Assembly (NCBI GenBank): GCA_010909165.1
Contig: VJWM01000250.1
Coordinates: 124,001 to 188,000 of the forward strand
DNA: 64,000 bases
Direction of reading: 5' to 3'
Source of the DNA: Anthoceros angustus
Lineage: Eukaryota > Plantae > Anthocerotophyta
The position numbers were made by a program, and so were the translations under genes. Below are positions 61,860 to 64,000 of the stretch, in pieces (within the stretch, counting starts at the first letter, position 1; each line of letters begins with the position of its first letter). Below the pieces are notes generated by a model, which searched no databases, was not told where the DNA came from, and was given only the letters and a program-made list of their open reading frames with translations.

Positions 61860-64000
61860 CCTTATGAAGGTAAATAGGAGTTTTTTTTGTGTTTGGTGCG
61901 AAGAATTAGGCGTTATATGAGAAAAATGAGGCTAAACTAGCCTAGCCAGGGTAAACGGGGAAGGTCCGGGGAAAAGGGCCTCGCTAGGCAACGTCGGAAC
62001 TCCGGAGTAACTCCGGAATGACTCCGAAGGAACTCTGGCGTAGACCTGAGTGAAGTCCAAAGGAAGGAGAGGCCTTAGGGTCAGGCGTAGGGGCGTAATT
62101 TGATAAGAATGACACGCGGTCGCCGAGTGGATGATGTATATGCAAAGGCCGTAACCTTAGAGTTGTCGTTGTACCGTTATAGGCATGTAGTCACAACCCA
62201 AGGACATGCGCCAAGAAGGCGGCGGGCATGAAGTTTATGGTACAAGATGCAGGATGGTGGTAGTTACCGGCAGCGAAGGGACACCTTCCTGTGCACCGAT
62301 TATGCCCGACGCCCCACTGCTGAGAGGAAAGTCATCTTTCCGGGCGACCTCCCGGTAGTTCTCTCAGTCGCTCATGCTTAGACACCCAGCTCTTTGACGC
62401 TTTCTCTTCTGGGGCTCGACCGCAACGCCCTGTGGCCTTTGACCCTTCTTGGCGCGCAAATTCCTCTCGAGCTCAAGGGTACAACGGAGACCATCGACGC
62501 CCGCCCTACCTTAGCAGACGGAGGCGAGCCATATGGGCCCAAGAAGAGCAATGAGGTCTTGGAGCCCCGCGCCAGGAGAAGAACATAGTCACTAGGCGCT
62601 ACCCCGACTTTGGTCACTGGCTTGAAGAGGTCGGACCTGTTGGACCAGCGGGTGAGAGCAATGGCAAAAATTATTGTCCACTGGAACATGCTCACCAAGG
62701 TGGATCGCCTGGGAGATAACCTCCTGGTGTTCCTGCACACCCTCCTGAGGGGCAAAAGGGCGGATCATCTTCGCCCGGATAGCCCAAGAGGCCTGGAAGC
62801 TGCGCAACGAGCAGCCTCCCCCATCAGCGCTGTCCCCTTTCATCCTCCATGTCTGGGGACACCATAACCTCCGGAAGGAGGGAGAGGAGGAACGAGCCCT
62901 CCGTCGAGGGCTGGCCACCCTGTTGGAGGGGGAGAAGGATGGAGGAGAGCAGGACCCGGACAGCCGGCCGATCGCGGGGCCCAAAACGCGGCGCGCACAA
63001 GAGGAGGAAGATTGGGAGGGCATCCCTGATGCTATTCACCTGGAACAGACCTCCTCTCCTCCAAGGGAAATCTGGGAAGAAATTCCCGCTTCCCTCTTGC
63101 TAGTACCAACGACGAGCAAAGCAGCCCATGATCGTAGGATAGGATTGAGCTGTACCAGCAGCACCGCGGGCGGCGAGGACAACTGACCTCCCACTTGAGC
63201 CCCGATGGACCAGGCGGAGGGCGATGAGCAGGCGCTGAAGCTCACCGGTGAGACCGTGTTCTCACCCATGAGCGCGGAGTGGGCGGAGGTGGAAGCGGCC
63301 GTCCGGAGGGCGGAGAGGGATGCTGCCCAAGGCGCGGGAGGGCACTGGCAGCAACCCCATCCGGAGCCGCCTCGCCCACAAGGGAAGTGCCACCCCACCC
63401 TTCACCCCCACTGAACCCCAAGCATCGGAGGGCGGAAAAGAAGTTGGCTGCGAAACGTGCCAAGGAGGTGGAAGGACCCGCACCGGATGGTCAGGACGTA
63501 AGGGTCCTGATCGGGTCCGCAGCATGACTTTAACATGGTCCGCCGCATTCGGCAATCCTTGACGAACTGGGAATGCCCGCCTCCCCTGGGTTTACGGGGA
63601 GCCACGCGCGGCGGTGGAGGAGACCAGTGGGTCCCGGGCCCGGGATGCATGGTGGGGTGGCAAATGGTACCGCTGGAGGACGCAAGAGGTGGAAGCCACC
63701 CGGAGGCGCATGGTGGAGCTCCAGGGCCAGACGGAGGCAGCCCAAGCAGCCAAGTGGAAGGCGGAATCCCTAGCTTGGATTGAAGAGGAGAAGCGCCGGA
63801 CGGCGGAGAGGGAGGCAAGGTCCACCCGGCTGATCGGCCCGGTTTCACCGCGGTCAGCTGAAGCGCGCAGGAGGCCTGTGTGCGCGGAGGCCTCGAGTCA
63901 GCAAAAGGAGGAAGCGAGGGCAGCAGCAGATGTCGTGCGTTAGAACGTGGAGGACGCCCGGGACTTAGTAGAGGCCGCACGAAGGGAGAAGAGCCAAGCT
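61860..64000 (+). repeat. Family-D-like LTR with embedded ORF, running off the window end
   Basis: RAMAKIIVHWNMLTKVDRLGDNLLVFLHTLLRGKRA (62610-62867) and coiled coil 63614-63943. Homologous to the solo LTR at 8791-13272. Confidence 0.8.

Overview
The window is almost entirely a multilayer nest of plant-type LTR retrotransposons. I found no host gene, rRNA, tRNA or CRISPR array. (1) A Ty1/copia element (5368-16558; 226-bp LTRs, TSD CAATA) carries an extra sense ORF before gag and an extra antisense ORF after pol. A 4.5-kb solo Ty3/gypsy LTR sits in its integrase (TSD GCTAC). Its 5' half is duplicated at 1-4106. (2) A non-chromovirus-type Ty3/gypsy element, here A1 (17003-61854, TSD CTCCC), inserted 28 bp inside another LTR (family D). 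Its 5' LTR was then split by a truncated relative (B, 19495-~24400) and by a 24.7-kb composite block (26019-50728). That block holds a CATG hairpin array, a 5'-truncated minus-strand gypsy (C), LINE-like remnants and a two-LTR gypsy (A2, 37359-49923). The strongest signal is that four diverged LTR families (A1, A2, B, D) have giant 3.4-4.5 kb LTRs whose U3 contains a long, conserved, frameshifted ORF. It has an 'LVFLHxxxxGxxxDWGRxIF...SPF/Y' core, a coiled coil and, in A1/A2/B, a second conserved C-terminal block. It lies upstream of a shared GTATAAGAG TATA motif (seen in A1, A2, C, D) and a shared U5 motif complementary to a tRNA T-arm. Caveats: the sequence has pervasive 1-3 nt deletions that differ between otherwise near-identical copies, which looks like low-accuracy consensus. 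Frameshifts therefore cannot be read as biological decay, and many boundaries are approximate. Family names A1/A2/B/C/D are mine, and no database searches were run.
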